NCBI GenBank assembly: GCA_046597355.1
Contig: JBKJKU010000144.1
Coordinates: 49 to 64,048, forward strand
Length of the DNA: 64,000 nucleotides
Origin: Aquabacterium sp.
GTDB taxonomy: Bacteria > Pseudomonadota > Gammaproteobacteria > Burkholderiales > Burkholderiaceae_C
Direction: 5' to 3'
Every line of letters starts with the position of its first letter. Position 1 is the first letter of the stretch. Shown here piece by piece: positions 9,603-19,693 of this stretch. The notes under the pieces were generated by a model. That model did not search any database and was not told where the DNA came from. It saw only the letters and a list, made by a program, of their open reading frames with translations. Both the position numbers and the translations under genes were made by a program.

Positions 9603-10511
9603 ATGTCAACCGCCGCCCCTGTGCCGTCCCGCGTTGCGCTTTACCTGCAGCTGATCCGCTGGGACCGCCCCGCGGGTTGGCTGCTGCTGCTGTGGCCCAC
9701 GCTGAGCGCACTGTGGATCGCGGCTGACGGCTTCCCGGGCTGGCATTTGCTGTCCGTCTTCACGCTGGGCACGGTGCTGATGCGCAGCGCTGGCTGCTGC
9801 GTCAATGATGTGGCCGACCGCGAGTTCGACCGCCACGTCAAGCGCACCGCGAACCGCCCGGTCACCAGCGGTGCACTGCCGGTGCGTGAGGCGCTGGTGC
9901 TGGGCGCGGCGCTGGCCGTGGCCGCGTTTTTGCTCGTGCTCAGCACCAACCCACCCACCATCTGGTTGTCTTTCGCTGCGCTGGCGATCGCCGTGCTCTA
10001 CCCCTACGCCAAGCGCCATGTGGCGATGCCGCAGGCGGTGCTGGGGCTGGCGTTCAGCTTCGGCATCCCGATGGCGTTTGCCGCCGTGCTGGGCGGGCGC
10101 GATTGGGCGCTGTCGGCAATCAACGCCGCGGTGCCGGCGCATGCCTGGTGGTTGTTGCTGGGCAACCTGTGCTGGGTGCTGGCCTATGACACCGAGTACG
10201 CGATGGTCGACCGCGACGACGACCTGCACATCGGCATCCAGACCTCGGCGCTCACGCTGGGCCGCTTCGATGTGGCGGCGGTGATGGGCTTTTACGCGGT
10301 CTACCTGGTGTCGTGGGCTCTGCTGGGCCACGCGCTGGGCTTGGGCGGCGTGTTTTTGCTGGGCATTGGGGTTGCGGCGCTGCAGGCAGGCTGGCACTTC
10401 ACGTTGATCCGCAGCCGCAGCCGGGAGGGCTGCTTCAAGGCCTTTCGCCTGAACCACTGGCTGGGCGCGGCGGTGTTTGCGGGCGTGGTGGTGGATTTGG
10501 GCCTGCGCTGA
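9603..10511 (+). CDS. ubiA: 4-hydroxybenzoate polyprenyltransferase
   Basis: [22 protein letters not shown] and [13 protein letters not shown] motifs. Confidence 0.96.
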   Translation: MSTAAPVPSRVALYLQLIRWDRPAGWLLLLWPTLSALWIAADGFPGWHLLSVFTLGTVLMRSAGCCVNDVADREFDRHVKRTANRPVTSGALPVREALVLGAALAVAAFLLVLSTNPPTIWLSFAALAIAVLYPYAKRHVAMPQAVLGLAFSFGIPMAFAAVLGGRDWALSAINAAVPAHAWWLLLGNLCWVLAYDTEYAMVDRDDDLHIGIQTSALTLGRFDVAAVMGFYAVYLVSWALLGHALGLGGVFLLGIGVAALQAGWHFTLIRSRSREGCFKAFRLNHWLGAAVFAGVVVDLGLR

Positions 10512-10553
10512 GCCCCCGGCGGTTCGCCGCCTGCCGGCAGCGAACGTGCAAGC

Positions 10554-11216
10554 TCAGCCGCGGGCCTCAGGCTCGCGCAGCAGGATCTCGACACGGCGGT
10601 TCCTGGCCCGGCCGGCGTCGCTGCTGTTGTCGGTAATCGGCTCACGCGCACCGCGGCCAACGATTTCAAGCCGGGTGGTGGGCACACCGCGGTCGGCCAG
10701 GTAGTCGCGCACGGTGCGGGCGCGGGACAGCGACAGCGGGTCGTTGATCGCATCGCTGCCGGTGGCGTCGGTGTGTCCGACGATGCGCACGACCATGGTC
10801 TGGTCCAGCCCCTGCGCGAACTGGTCCAGCACCGGGCGCAGACCGGACTGCAGGTCGGCACGGCCCACCGCAAACGAGATGTCGTTGGGCACCTGCACCC
10901 GGAGCTGGTTGTCGGCGGTGCGGCTGACCTCGATGCCGGTGCCGGCGGTGGCACGCTCCATCGCCTGCTGCTTTTCGACCATTTTCTTGGACCACAGGTT
11001 GCCGCCAATGGCGCCCAGCGCACCGCCGACGGCCGCACCGGTGCCGGCATTGCCGCCGGTGATGCTGCTCAGCACCGCGCCTGCGGCCGCACCGATACCG
11101 GCGCCTTGGGCCGTGCCGCGCTGCTCGGCCGACATGTTGGCGCAGCCTGCCAGGCTCATGGCAAGCACCAGTGCCAGCAACGGCATGGCGCGACTTGGAT
11201 GGGTTGATGGGGTCAT
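10554..11216 (-). CDS. OmpA-family lipoprotein with glycine zipper (YiaD-like)
   Basis: Lipobox LAGC, glycine-zipper repeats, GHTD...NDPLSLSRA...RNRRVEI. Confidence 0.92.
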   Translation of the reverse strand: MTPSTHPSRAMPLLALVLAMSLAGCANMSAEQRGTAQGAGIGAAAGAVLSSITGGNAGTGAAVGGALGAIGGNLWSKKMVEKQQAMERATAGTGIEVSRTADNQLRVQVPNDISFAVGRADLQSGLRPVLDQFAQGLDQTMVVRIVGHTDATGSDAINDPLSLSRARTVRDYLADRGVPTTRLEIVGRGAREPITDNSSDAGRARNRRVEILLREPEARG

Positions 11217-11236
11217 GGGGAATTTTCCAAATAGAT

Positions 11237-11575
11237 TTGACGAATTTGATTCTCTGCCGTCAGCGCCGCGCCCAACGTGCGGTGGCGCACCGAGCGGGGC
11301 CGAAGAACACGATTGTCTCGGTGGATGCCACGGCCAATGCCTTCCTGCGCGACCCGGTGATCAACCTCAGCACCGGCGTGACCCGGCCCGAGCGCTTTGC
11401 CATCAGCCAACCGCGCGGGGGCTACAGCCGCCGCACCGGCGAAGCGGTGGTGGACAGCGCGGGCAAGCCGTCTACGGTGCAGGCATTTGTGGCGTTGACG
11501 TTGCGCGGCACCGGTGTGACACCGGTGCCGCTTTTGACCCGCAACCCGCGGGTGCTGTCGGTCAACAAGCCCTGA
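11237..11575 (+). CDS. Hypothetical small protein (start uncertain: TTG 11237 or GTG 11282)
   Basis: Fills an otherwise empty intergenic gap; host-like GC3 codons; no recognisable motif. Confidence 0.4.
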   Translation: MTNLILCRQRRAQRAVAHRAGPKNTIVSVDATANAFLRDPVINLSTGVTRPERFAISQPRGGYSRRTGEAVVDSAGKPSTVQAFVALTLRGTGVTPVPLLTRNPRVLSVNKP

Positions 11576-11630
11576 TTTGGGACGGGCTTGGGCCTGGGCT
11601 TGTGCCGGGCAATGATTCCGGGCGACGGGC

Positions 11631-12464
11631 TCAGCTGAACTCGTCGCCCAGCCCGGCAGCACGCTGTTGCGCTGCCACCATCGCCCGGATGAAAGCCGCC
11701 TTGACGCCATCGGCCTCCAGCGACTGCAGCGCGGCAAAGGTGGTGCCGCCCTTGCTGGTGACCCGCTCGCGCAGCAACTCGGGGGCGTCGGGCGACTGCG
11801 CGGCCAGCGCGGTGGCGCCGTCAAAGGTGGCCAGCGCCAGCTGCCGGCCCTGCTCGGCCGACAGGCCCATGGACGCAGCGGCGGCCATCATGGCCTCGAC
11901 AAAATAAAAGACGTAGGCCGGACCCGACCCCGACAGCGCGGTCACGGCGTCCAGGTCGGCCTCCTTGGCCACCCACAGGGTCTTGCCGGTGGGCGCCAGC
12001 ACCTGCTCGACCAGCGCGCGCTCGCCTGCGGACACGGCGGCCGACGCAAACAGCCCAGCGATGCCGCGGCCGATCAGTGCCGGCGTGTTGGGCATGCTGC
12101 GCACGATCCGTGCCTGGGCCGGCGCCTGGCCAATGGCCCGCGCAAGGGTGTCGCTGCGGATGCCGGCCATCACGCTCAAATGCAAGGCGCCCCGCACCCA
12201 CGCCGCGCAGGGTGCCGCTGCATCGCCAAACAACTGCGGCTTGACAGCCCAGACCACCAGCGCCGCATCGCCCAGCCGGGTATCGGCGGCGGCCAGCGTC
12301 TGCACGCCGAAGTCGGCAGTCAGCCGGGCGCGTTGCTCGGCGCTGGGGTCGATCACCAGGATTTCGGCTGCAGCGCGGCCGGCGCGGACCAGGCCGCCGA
12401 TCAGTGCGCTGGCCATGTTGCCGCCGCCGATGAAGGCGACTGTGGCTGGGGTGTGTGCAGTCAT
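11631..12464 (-). CDS. proC: Pyrroline-5-carboxylate reductase
   Basis: FIGGGNMA, AVKPQ, MPNTP, SGSGPAY and VTSKGGTT motifs. Confidence 0.97.
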   Translation of the reverse strand: MTAHTPATVAFIGGGNMASALIGGLVRAGRAAAEILVIDPSAEQRARLTADFGVQTLAAADTRLGDAALVVWAVKPQLFGDAAAPCAAWVRGALHLSVMAGIRSDTLARAIGQAPAQARIVRSMPNTPALIGRGIAGLFASAAVSAGERALVEQVLAPTGKTLWVAKEADLDAVTALSGSGPAYVFYFVEAMMAAAASMGLSAEQGRQLALATFDGATALAAQSPDAPELLRERVTSKGGTTFAALQSLEADGVKAAFIRAMVAAQQRAAGLGDEFS

Positions 12465-12670
12465 CAGCCCAGTGTATCGGTGGGTCGGCGCGTCACAGCG
12501 CGCCACGGCGCGCCCGCTATACCGCGGATATGGCGCGTCATGCAATCGACGCATAACCCACCCCAAGCGCGCAGCCAGCCCCTACATTGCGGCGCCAGAC
12601 GGCCCGACAAACCGCCAAAAGCGGTGCGTTTGGTCGATCGCCCACATCGATCCCAACCGGACTTGCCCCA

Positions 12671-13939
12671 ATGCAGCTCTCCTACGTCAACCCCACCACT
12701 GACAGCCCCTGGGCCACATACCTGTCGCAGGTAGACCGGGTGACGCCGTTCCTGGGGCCGCTGGCGCGGTGGGCCGAGACGCTCAAGCGCCCCAAGCGGG
12801 CACTGATCGTGGACGTGCCGATCGAGTTGGACAACGGCACCATCGCCCACCACGAGGGCTACCGGGTGCAGCACAGCCTGACCCGTGGACCGGGCAAGGG
12901 CGGCGTGCGCTACCACCCCGACGTCACGCTGGAGGAGGTGATGGCGCTGTCGGCCTGGATGAGCATCAAGACGGCGGCCGTCAACCTGCCGTTTGGCGGC
13001 GCCAAGGGCGGCATTCGGGTCGACCCGAAAAAGCTGTCGCAAAAAGAGCTGGAAAAGCTGACCCGCCGCTACACCAGCGAGATCGGCATCATCCTCGGCC
13101 CGCAGCAAGACATCCCGGCGCCCGACGTCAACACCAACGCCCAGATCATGGCGTGGATGATGGACACCTACTCGATGAACACCGGCGCCACGGCCACGGG
13201 TGTGGTCACTGGCAAGCCGATCCACCTGGGCGGCAGCCTGGGCCGGGTCAAGGCGACCGGGCGGGGTGTGTTTGTCACTGGGCGCGAGGCGGCGCGCCGC
13301 ATCGGCCTGGACCTCAACGGCGCCAAGGTGGCGGTGCAGGGTTTTGGCAATGTGGGCTCATCGGCGGCCGAGTTGTTTGGCCAGGCGGGCGCAACCGTGG
13401 TGGCCGCGCAGGACCACACCGGCAGCATCTTCAATGACCGGGGATTCGATTTGTCGCAGTTGGTGCCCCACGTGCAGGCCACCGGCGGTGTGGCCGGCTT
13501 TGCCGGTGCGGAGGCGGGCGACAACGAGGCGTTTTGGGACGTGGACTGCGACATCCTGATCCCGGCCGCGCTGGAAAACCAGATCACCGCCGCCCGTGCC
13601 AACCGGCTCAAGGCCAAGCTGGTGCTGGAAGGCGCCAACGGCCCCACCGGCCGCGCCGCCGACGACATCTTGTTTGACCGCGGCATCCTGGTGGTGCCCG
13701 ACGTGATCTGTAACGCGGGCGGTGTGACGGTGAGCTACTTTGAGTGGGTGCAGGATTTCTCGTCGTTCTTCTGGACCGAAGACGAGATCAACGTCAAGCT
13801 CGACAAGATCATGGTGGGTGCCCTCAAGAACATCTGGGACACCGCCGACCGCCACAAGATCACGCTGCGCACCGCCACGTTTGCGGTGGCTTGCGAGCGC
13901 ATCTTGTCGGCGCGGCAAGAGCGCGGGCTGTACCCCTGA
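12671..13939 (+). CDS. gdhA: Glutamate dehydrogenase (Glu/Leu/Phe/Val dehydrogenase family)
   Basis: [29 protein letters not shown] and [12 protein letters not shown] motifs. Confidence 0.95.
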   Translation: MQLSYVNPTTDSPWATYLSQVDRVTPFLGPLARWAETLKRPKRALIVDVPIELDNGTIAHHEGYRVQHSLTRGPGKGGVRYHPDVTLEEVMALSAWMSIKTAAVNLPFGGAKGGIRVDPKKLSQKELEKLTRRYTSEIGIILGPQQDIPAPDVNTNAQIMAWMMDTYSMNTGATATGVVTGKPIHLGGSLGRVKATGRGVFVTGREAARRIGLDLNGAKVAVQGFGNVGSSAAELFGQAGATVVAAQDHTGSIFNDRGFDLSQLVPHVQATGGVAGFAGAEAGDNEAFWDVDCDILIPAALENQITAARANRLKAKLVLEGANGPTGRAADDILFDRGILVVPDVICNAGGVTVSYFEWVQDFSSFFWTEDEINVKLDKIMVGALKNIWDTADRHKITLRTATFAVACERILSARQERGLYP

Positions 13940-14295
13940 CAGGTTGTTTTCGGCTTGGTGCCGTCCGTCAGGGCCGTCGGTTTGGCTGACCGCTGTGCCT
14001 TGGCCGGCGTCAGTCGATACCTGTTGCCAGGTATATGTACTGCCGGCAACTATTTTGGTGGCAAAGAATATTGCCAGCAGAGCAAAAGCTGAAAAAATCA
14101 GGCGACGGTATTATCAGTTTACCGTCCAACGATCCTGACGCAAGACGCTGAAAACAAACGCTGGACCTTGAGCGGAAATGGGTCGAGTTGCGTTGTCCAC
14201 AGCGATGCGGTCAGCCAAAAATAATAGGCACTGCGAAAACCAGGCCGGACCCATTGAGGTGGCCTGATACTTTCCAGGCCTTGCAGTCGGGGGGG

Positions 14296-14973
14296 TTACT
14301 TGCCGGTGAAGTTGGCGACGTAATAGGCCAGCAAGTCGAGGTCTTCCACCGGCACTTGACTCAATGCCTCGGGCATCGCGCGGGTGTATGCCGCCCGATC
14401 GCCAGACTTGTAGCCATGCAGGGTCATGCGCACGTAGTCCTCCTTCTGGCCACCGATGCGCGGCACCCCTTGGCCGCCTTCCAGGTCGGCACCGTGGCAG
14501 AAGACGCACTTGTGTGCTTGGGCCAGAACCTGGCCCTTCTTCATGCGCTCTGCATCGGGCGGTGTGGCAGGCGCTGGCGCCGGCAACGGGGCCAACGTGC
14601 CGATGAGGTTGGAATACCCGCGCAGGTCGGCGTCTTTCATCAGCTTGGCCAGTCCCACCATCGCCTCGTTGCTGCGACGGCCTTCGCGGAACAGAAACAG
14701 CTGGGTGATCGCGTAGAGCGAGTGCTGTCCCGCCAGCACCGGTACACCGGGTATGTCGCTGCGCCCGTCAGCGCCATGACAAGCAGCGCAAACGGTGCGG
14801 AAGCGCTCGGCATAGACACCGCTGCCCGCAGAACCCGAGGGGCCGGTAGCCGAGACGGCAGCGGCGGCGGCAGCGCCGGCGTCAGCCTTTTTGGTCTGCG
14901 CGCCGGCGGACGGGGCCGCCACGGCCCCGAGCGTTACCAAGATGGCGGCCACTGACCCGTGCCGCCATGCCAT
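14296..14973 (-). CDS. Diheme c-type cytochrome (c4/c553-like)
   Basis: Two CxxCH motifs (CAACH, CVFCH), each followed by a P-x-L/I-x-GQ motif; signal peptide. Confidence 0.9.
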   Translation of the reverse strand: MAWRHGSVAAILVTLGAVAAPSAGAQTKKADAGAAAAAAVSATGPSGSAGSGVYAERFRTVCAACHGADGRSDIPGVPVLAGQHSLYAITQLFLFREGRRSNEAMVGLAKLMKDADLRGYSNLIGTLAPLPAPAPATPPDAERMKKGQVLAQAHKCVFCHGADLEGGQGVPRIGGQKEDYVRMTLHGYKSGDRAAYTRAMPEALSQVPVEDLDLLAYYVANFTGK

Positions 14974-14980
14974 CGCCGCA

Positions 14981-16186
14981 CTAACCACCGTAGCTGATGC
15001 GGTAGATCGCCCCGGCGTGGTCGTCGCTGACCAGCAGCGAGCCATCCTTCATCACGAGGAAGTCGACCGGCCGACCCAAATAGCCGTTGTTCTCGACAAA
15101 CCCGGTCATGAACGGCTCAAGTTTGGCGCCGCCCTTGCCGTCCGGGAATGCGACCATCACGTCGGCATACTTCTTGGTGCGGTTCCACGGGCCGTGACGG
15201 GCGATGAACATCGCACCCTGGTACTTCGCCGGAAACATCTTGCCGGTGTAGAACTTCAGGCCCAGGGTGCCGGCGTGCGGCCCGGTGAACGCAACGGGCT
15301 TGGCGTAATCGTCACACGACTTGCCCCAACCGAACTCGGGATCGGGGATGTCGCCCTGGTGGCAAAACGGGAAGCCGAAGTGCTGCTTGCCGGGCTGTGT
15401 GACATGGTTCAGCGTGTCGTTTGGCAGTTCTTCGCTGAGCCAGTCGCGGGCGTTGTTGGTGTACCAGAGGTCACCCGTCTTGGGATCGAAGTCCATGCCA
15501 AGCGAGTTGCGCACGCCTGAGGCGATGGTTTCATTGCCCGAGCCGTCGAAGTTCATGCGGTAGATCTTCGCGTACTCGCCCGGGTCGCAGATGTTGCAAG
15601 GCGCACCGATGGCGTAGTAGAGCTTGTTGTTGTGGATGCGCAGGAATTTCCAACTGTGGTCGCTGCCGCCTGGCAGTTTGTCGGTCAACACCGCGGACGG
15701 TTCGCCGAGGTTGTCGAGCTTGTCTTCGACATTGTCGTAGCGCACGATCTTCTTGTTGGTGGCGAAGAACAGCGAGCCTTTGTGGAATTCGATGCCGGTG
15801 GCCTGTTCGGTCTTGTCGATGATGACCTTTGGCACGCGCTTGCCGTCGACCGCCTTTTCGGGCAACACATAAACCTTGTTGGCCACGAACAGCGTGCTGA
15901 CGAAGATGTTGCCCTTGGCGCCCTCACGCAGCGCGCGCGCATCAAGCACGCCGGACGCCCAGGTCTCGACCTTGAAGCCCGGCGGCAGCTTGAACTTCTT
16001 GGTTGGCAGATCTTCAGCCGCGGTTGGGATCGGGAACGCTGGCACGGGTGCCATCTTCATCGCGATGTCGGTTTTAGGCCGTCCTTTGGCCCAGCCAGGT
16101 TCGGCTTCCTGGGCCACCGAGGCCGTGGCTGCGCAGAGAAACGCCACCGCGGTGACGAGGACTGAAAATCTAGGTTTCTGATTCAT
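14981..16186 (-). CDS. Periplasmic glucose/sorbosone dehydrogenase-family protein (PQQ-type beta-propeller)
   Basis: Signal peptide ASVA-QE; GVRNS, PHAG, HGPWN, GRPVD and SDDHAG family motifs. Confidence 0.88.
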   Translation of the reverse strand: MNQKPRFSVLVTAVAFLCAATASVAQEAEPGWAKGRPKTDIAMKMAPVPAFPIPTAAEDLPTKKFKLPPGFKVETWASGVLDARALREGAKGNIFVSTLFVANKVYVLPEKAVDGKRVPKVIIDKTEQATGIEFHKGSLFFATNKKIVRYDNVEDKLDNLGEPSAVLTDKLPGGSDHSWKFLRIHNNKLYYAIGAPCNICDPGEYAKIYRMNFDGSGNETIASGVRNSLGMDFDPKTGDLWYTNNARDWLSEELPNDTLNHVTQPGKQHFGFPFCHQGDIPDPEFGWGKSCDDYAKPVAFTGPHAGTLGLKFYTGKMFPAKYQGAMFIARHGPWNRTKKYADVMVAFPDGKGGAKLEPFMTGFVENNGYLGRPVDFLVMKDGSLLVSDDHAGAIYRISYGG

Positions 16187-16241
16187 TTCTTACCTTTGGG
16201 GGTTGGCAACAAAACTGATTCAGTAGGGTGAGAAATATCCG

Positions 16242-16262
16242 ATCAAGGCCTGCAACCTTGAT
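16242..16262. promoter_or_regulatory. Palindromic candidate operator upstream of the dehydrogenase operon
   Basis: ATCAAGG-N7-CCTTGAT in an AT-rich upstream region. Confidence 0.3.
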
Positions 16263-16555
16263 GTAAGGCAATTCGGATTAATGACAAAATCGAATTTATG
16301 CGACAGCCGTTTGGCAGCCACACTGAACCGAAACAGCGATCACCACTGCTGCCGGTTTACCGTTTGTCGCTTGCCATCCAATCCACGAGCGATATTTGAC
16401 TCTAGCGAGTACTGAAACTGCTGACAACCCGGGTATCGCCCATTTGAGTAGGGGATTACGCACGGTCTCGCCAATCAACCTGCGCCGGTATGGAGCGGTC
16501 TCGTCGGCCCAGGCCGGTCACATCGATCGGGTCGGTCGCGGCGCTGCCGGGTGGG

Positions 16556-17434
16556 TCAACGCCCACCCCGCGGCCGCGTGGCGGGTCCGCGCGGCCGTGT
16601 CTCGGCAGGGCTGGTTTTGGCAGCCGGCGCCCGTGCGCCGCCCGCGCGTGACGCCCCTGCCGCGCGGCGTGCCAGCGCCGGGTGGGGCGTGGTCTGGCGG
16701 CCCGTGGGCTGCGGGCGTGACACATCGGCCATTAGCAGCACGCTGCGCACCAGGTCCTCTACCGCCTCGACCAGGGTTTCGGGCGGCGCCAGGGTTTCGA
16801 TCTCGGCCAGCAGTTCTTCGGCGTCTTCCAGGTCGTCGGGGTCCAGGTGGCGGTACAGCGTGGCCAGCGGCTCCAGCAGCTTGGCCTCGTAGCGGTCCAT
16901 CAAGACGGTGAACAAGTCCACCGCGGTGGCAAAGCCGGCCACCCAGGGCAGCACGGTCTCGGACGGCGTGGCCTGGTCGTCGAGCTCGTAGACCCACGGG
17001 TCGAACCACTGGCGCTGGGCGATGGCGCGGTTCAGCTCGCTGTAGCGGCGCAGCACCAGGCTGCGCATCAGCACCGCATCAAAGCGCTTGGGCGGCGTGC
17101 GGCCCTCGACATCGGGGATGTGCGCCAGCCACTGCGCCTCGGGCACCGGCTGCGGTTGCAGCAGCACGCCACACAGGTAGCCGTCGATCATCACGGTGTC
17201 CAGCGGGTCCAGCGTGTCGGGCAGGCTGTCCATCAGGGACTGCAGGGTGTCGAGCTCCTGCTCGTTGAGGGGGCTGTGCTCGCCGACGGACCCGGGCCCG
17301 GCGTCTGCTGCAGCGGACGGCGCGCCTCTGGGTGCCGACGCGGGCCGCCGTGCTGTCGCGCCGGCCGGCGCCTTGGCCGGGTCCGGGGCGGTGGGGCGGG
17401 GCTTGGCGGCGGGAGGTTTTGGCGGTGTGCTCAT
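16556..17434 (-). CDS. UPF0149/YecA-family protein (no SEC-C tail)
   Basis: PLNEQELDTL...IDGYLCGVLLQP...WLAHI...WVAGF pattern; Pro/Ala-rich termini. Confidence 0.85.
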   Translation of the reverse strand: MSTPPKPPAAKPRPTAPDPAKAPAGATARRPASAPRGAPSAAADAGPGSVGEHSPLNEQELDTLQSLMDSLPDTLDPLDTVMIDGYLCGVLLQPQPVPEAQWLAHIPDVEGRTPPKRFDAVLMRSLVLRRYSELNRAIAQRQWFDPWVYELDDQATPSETVLPWVAGFATAVDLFTVLMDRYEAKLLEPLATLYRHLDPDDLEDAEELLAEIETLAPPETLVEAVEDLVRSVLLMADVSRPQPTGRQTTPHPALARRAAGASRAGGARAPAAKTSPAETRPRGPATRPRGGR

Positions 17435-17471
17435 GGGGTATTGTCCTTCCGCTGCGCTCAAGCCCTGCTGC

Positions 17472-18530
17472 CTAGACCACCACCGGTTCCGGCTCCAGCC
17501 GGATGCCGAAGCGGCCGTACACACTCTCCTGGATCGCGCGGGCCAGTGTCACCACCTCCGCACCCGTCGCGCCGCCCCGGTTCACCAGCACCAGCGCCTG
17601 GCGTTCGTAGACGGCGGCGCCGCCCACGCTTTTGCCCTTCCAGCCGCAGGCGTCGATCAGCCAGCCCGCGGCCAGCTTGAAGCGGCCGTCGGCCATGGCG
17701 TAGTGCACCAGGTGCGGGTCGCGGCCGATGATGTCGCGGCACTGCTCGGCGCTGACCACCGGGTTCTTGAAAAAACTGCCGGCGTTGCCGATCAGCGCCG
17801 GGTCGGGCAGCTTGGCGCGGCGGATGGCGCAGACCCAGTCGAACAGCGTGCGGGCGTCGGGCGCGTGTTTGCCGGTCTCGGCCATGCGGCGCTCGATATC
17901 TTGGTAATTGCGCACCGGCTGCCAGGGCCGGGGCAGGCGCAAGCGCACCCGGGTGATCAGGCTCTTGCCGGCCAGACCGCCAAAGCCGGTCTGCTTGAAG
18001 ACGCTGTCGCGGTAGCCAAAGGCGCAGGCCCGACGGTCGAGCGTGACGCTGCGGCCGGTGACCAGGTCCACCGCGTCCAGCGACTCGAAGCGGTCAGCCA
18101 GCTCGATGCCGTAGGCGCCGATGTTCTGCACCGCCGCACCGCCCAGGCTGCCGGGCACCAGCGCCAGGTTCTCCAGCCCGGGCCAGCCCTGGTCCAGCGT
18201 CCAGACCACAGCGTCATGCCAGGACTCGCCGGCACCGAACTCGACGATCCAGGCATCGTCGCGCGTCTCGACCAGCCGCCGGCCCGTGACCTCGACCCGC
18301 AGCACCACCGCCTGCGGGTCGCGCGTCAGCACCAGGTTGCTGCCGCCGCCCAGCACCAGCTTGGGCGCCACGCCCAGCTCCGGATGGTCCAGCACCCGGC
18401 GCACGTCGGCATCACTGCGGATGTGCACCAGCGCCGCGGCCACGGCCGGCAGGCCAAAGCTGTTGAGCGTGCGCAAGTTGCAGGCACGGTCGATCACCAG
18501 GGTGGACGGGGCGGTCGTTGGCGAGGGCAT
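17472..18530 (-). CDS. murB: UDP-N-acetylenolpyruvoylglucosamine reductase
   Basis: LGGGSN, GLENL, QNIGAYG, GYRDSVFK, GNAGSFFKNP and LEPEP motifs. Confidence 0.97.
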   Translation of the reverse strand: MPSPTTAPSTLVIDRACNLRTLNSFGLPAVAAALVHIRSDADVRRVLDHPELGVAPKLVLGGGSNLVLTRDPQAVVLRVEVTGRRLVETRDDAWIVEFGAGESWHDAVVWTLDQGWPGLENLALVPGSLGGAAVQNIGAYGIELADRFESLDAVDLVTGRSVTLDRRACAFGYRDSVFKQTGFGGLAGKSLITRVRLRLPRPWQPVRNYQDIERRMAETGKHAPDARTLFDWVCAIRRAKLPDPALIGNAGSFFKNPVVSAEQCRDIIGRDPHLVHYAMADGRFKLAAGWLIDACGWKGKSVGGAAVYERQALVLVNRGGATGAEVVTLARAIQESVYGRFGIRLEPEPVVV

Positions 18531-18656
18531 GGCTTGATTCTGGCCGATGCGCCGGGGCAGCAGCGGGCAAGGGGCCTGCACAAAAACCTCAGCAAAGCGG
18601 GCTGAACTGCCGATAGTCAGGGGTTGCCGCAGCTCCAGCCTGCCCAGGACCCCACC

Positions 18657-19118
18657 ATGACCGCGCCAGCGCAAGACCCACCAGCCGCCGTCGGGCCGCC
18701 GCCCCGGCGTGCCGCTGACCCCGCCGCCACCGCGCCGCCAACAACGGGGCGGCAGCGGTTTCGTGCTGCGGATGTGGCGCTGCATCTGGACATGGTGGTG
18801 ATCGGCGATGTGTGCGTGGCCATCTCGCTGTCGGGCTACCGGTCGATCCTGGGCGGATTTTTCGACGACAGCTCGGGCAGTCTGGCCCAGCTGCTGGCGG
18901 CCCTGGACCGGGGCCAGTCCGCCCCGCTTCCCGCACTCGGCCATGCCGTGCTGGGAGCGGCAGTCAGCTTGGGGCTGCGTGCGGTCGGCCAGCAGGCGCA
19001 ACAGATCGAAAACGGTGGCGCCCACTTCCAGCCGGCCGACTGTGCGCAGCACGCGGCCGATCTGCGCGCGCAACTGGCCACCGCCCGGGCATTGCTGCAG
19101 CGCATGGGATTTGCATGA
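18657..19118 (+). CDS. Stand-alone Hpt-like histidine phosphotransfer domain protein
   Basis: Helical domain with GHAVLGAAVSLG, resembling H-x-x-K-G-A/S-A/S-x-x-L-G. Confidence 0.6.
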   Translation: MTAPAQDPPAAVGPPPRRAADPAATAPPTTGRQRFRAADVALHLDMVVIGDVCVAISLSGYRSILGGFFDDSSGSLAQLLAALDRGQSAPLPALGHAVLGAAVSLGLRAVGQQAQQIENGGAHFQPADCAQHAADLRAQLATARALLQRMGFA

Positions 19119-19184
19119 ACTTGTCGCGACAGTGCAGCCGCGTGGCAGAATTTTTGCTTCCGCCATCCTGATGTGACCCCCACC

Positions 19185-19685
19185 ATGCCCAGCTTCGATA
19201 CCGTGCTTGAACCCAACCTGGTGGAATTGCGCAACGCCGTCGAGCAGAGCAGCAAGGAAATCGGCACCCGCTTCGACTTCAAGGGCTCAGCCGCCCGCAT
19301 CGAGATCATCGAGGACGGCAAGGACCGCAGCCTGCAGTTGCACGCCGACAGCGATTTCCAGATCGCCCAGGTGCGCGACCTGTTCACCATCAAGCTCAGC
19401 AAGCGCGGCGTTGACGTGCGCTTTCTCGATTTCAGCAACAAGATCGAGAAGATGGGCGGCGACAAGGTGCGCCAGACCGTGCCGGTCAAGCAGGGCATCG
19501 ACAGCGAGACCGCCAAGAAGATCCAGACCCTGATCAAGCAGAGCAAGCTGAAGGTGGCCGCGGCAATCCAGGGCGACAGCGTGCGCGTGACGGGGGGCAA
19601 GCGCGACGACCTGCAGGCGGCGATGGCGCTGCTGCGCAAGGACGTGGCGGACGTGCCGCTGGCGTTCAACAACTTTCGGGATTGA
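19185..19685 (+). CDS. yajQ: YajQ-family nucleotide/c-di-GMP-binding protein
   Basis: MPSFD...RFDFKG...GKRDDLQ...FNNFRD. Confidence 0.96.
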   Translation: MPSFDTVLEPNLVELRNAVEQSSKEIGTRFDFKGSAARIEIIEDGKDRSLQLHADSDFQIAQVRDLFTIKLSKRGVDVRFLDFSNKIEKMGGDKVRQTVPVKQGIDSETAKKIQTLIKQSKLKVAAAIQGDSVRVTGGKRDDLQAAMALLRKDVADVPLAFNNFRD

Positions 19686-19693
19686 CCGGCACG

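Noticed and set aside
14034-14290. Small ORFs or transposase remnant in the AT-rich gap after gdhA
   Set aside because: No frame with a credible RBS or recognisable motif; treated as non-coding.
16242-16262. FNR box
   Set aside because: Half-sites are in the wrong order and spacing (ATCAA...TTGAT rather than TTGAT-N4-ATCAA).
17472-19166. 564-aa extended murB
   Set aside because: The N-terminal 212 codons overlap the Hpt-like gene on the opposite strand; MurB homology starts at ATG 18530.
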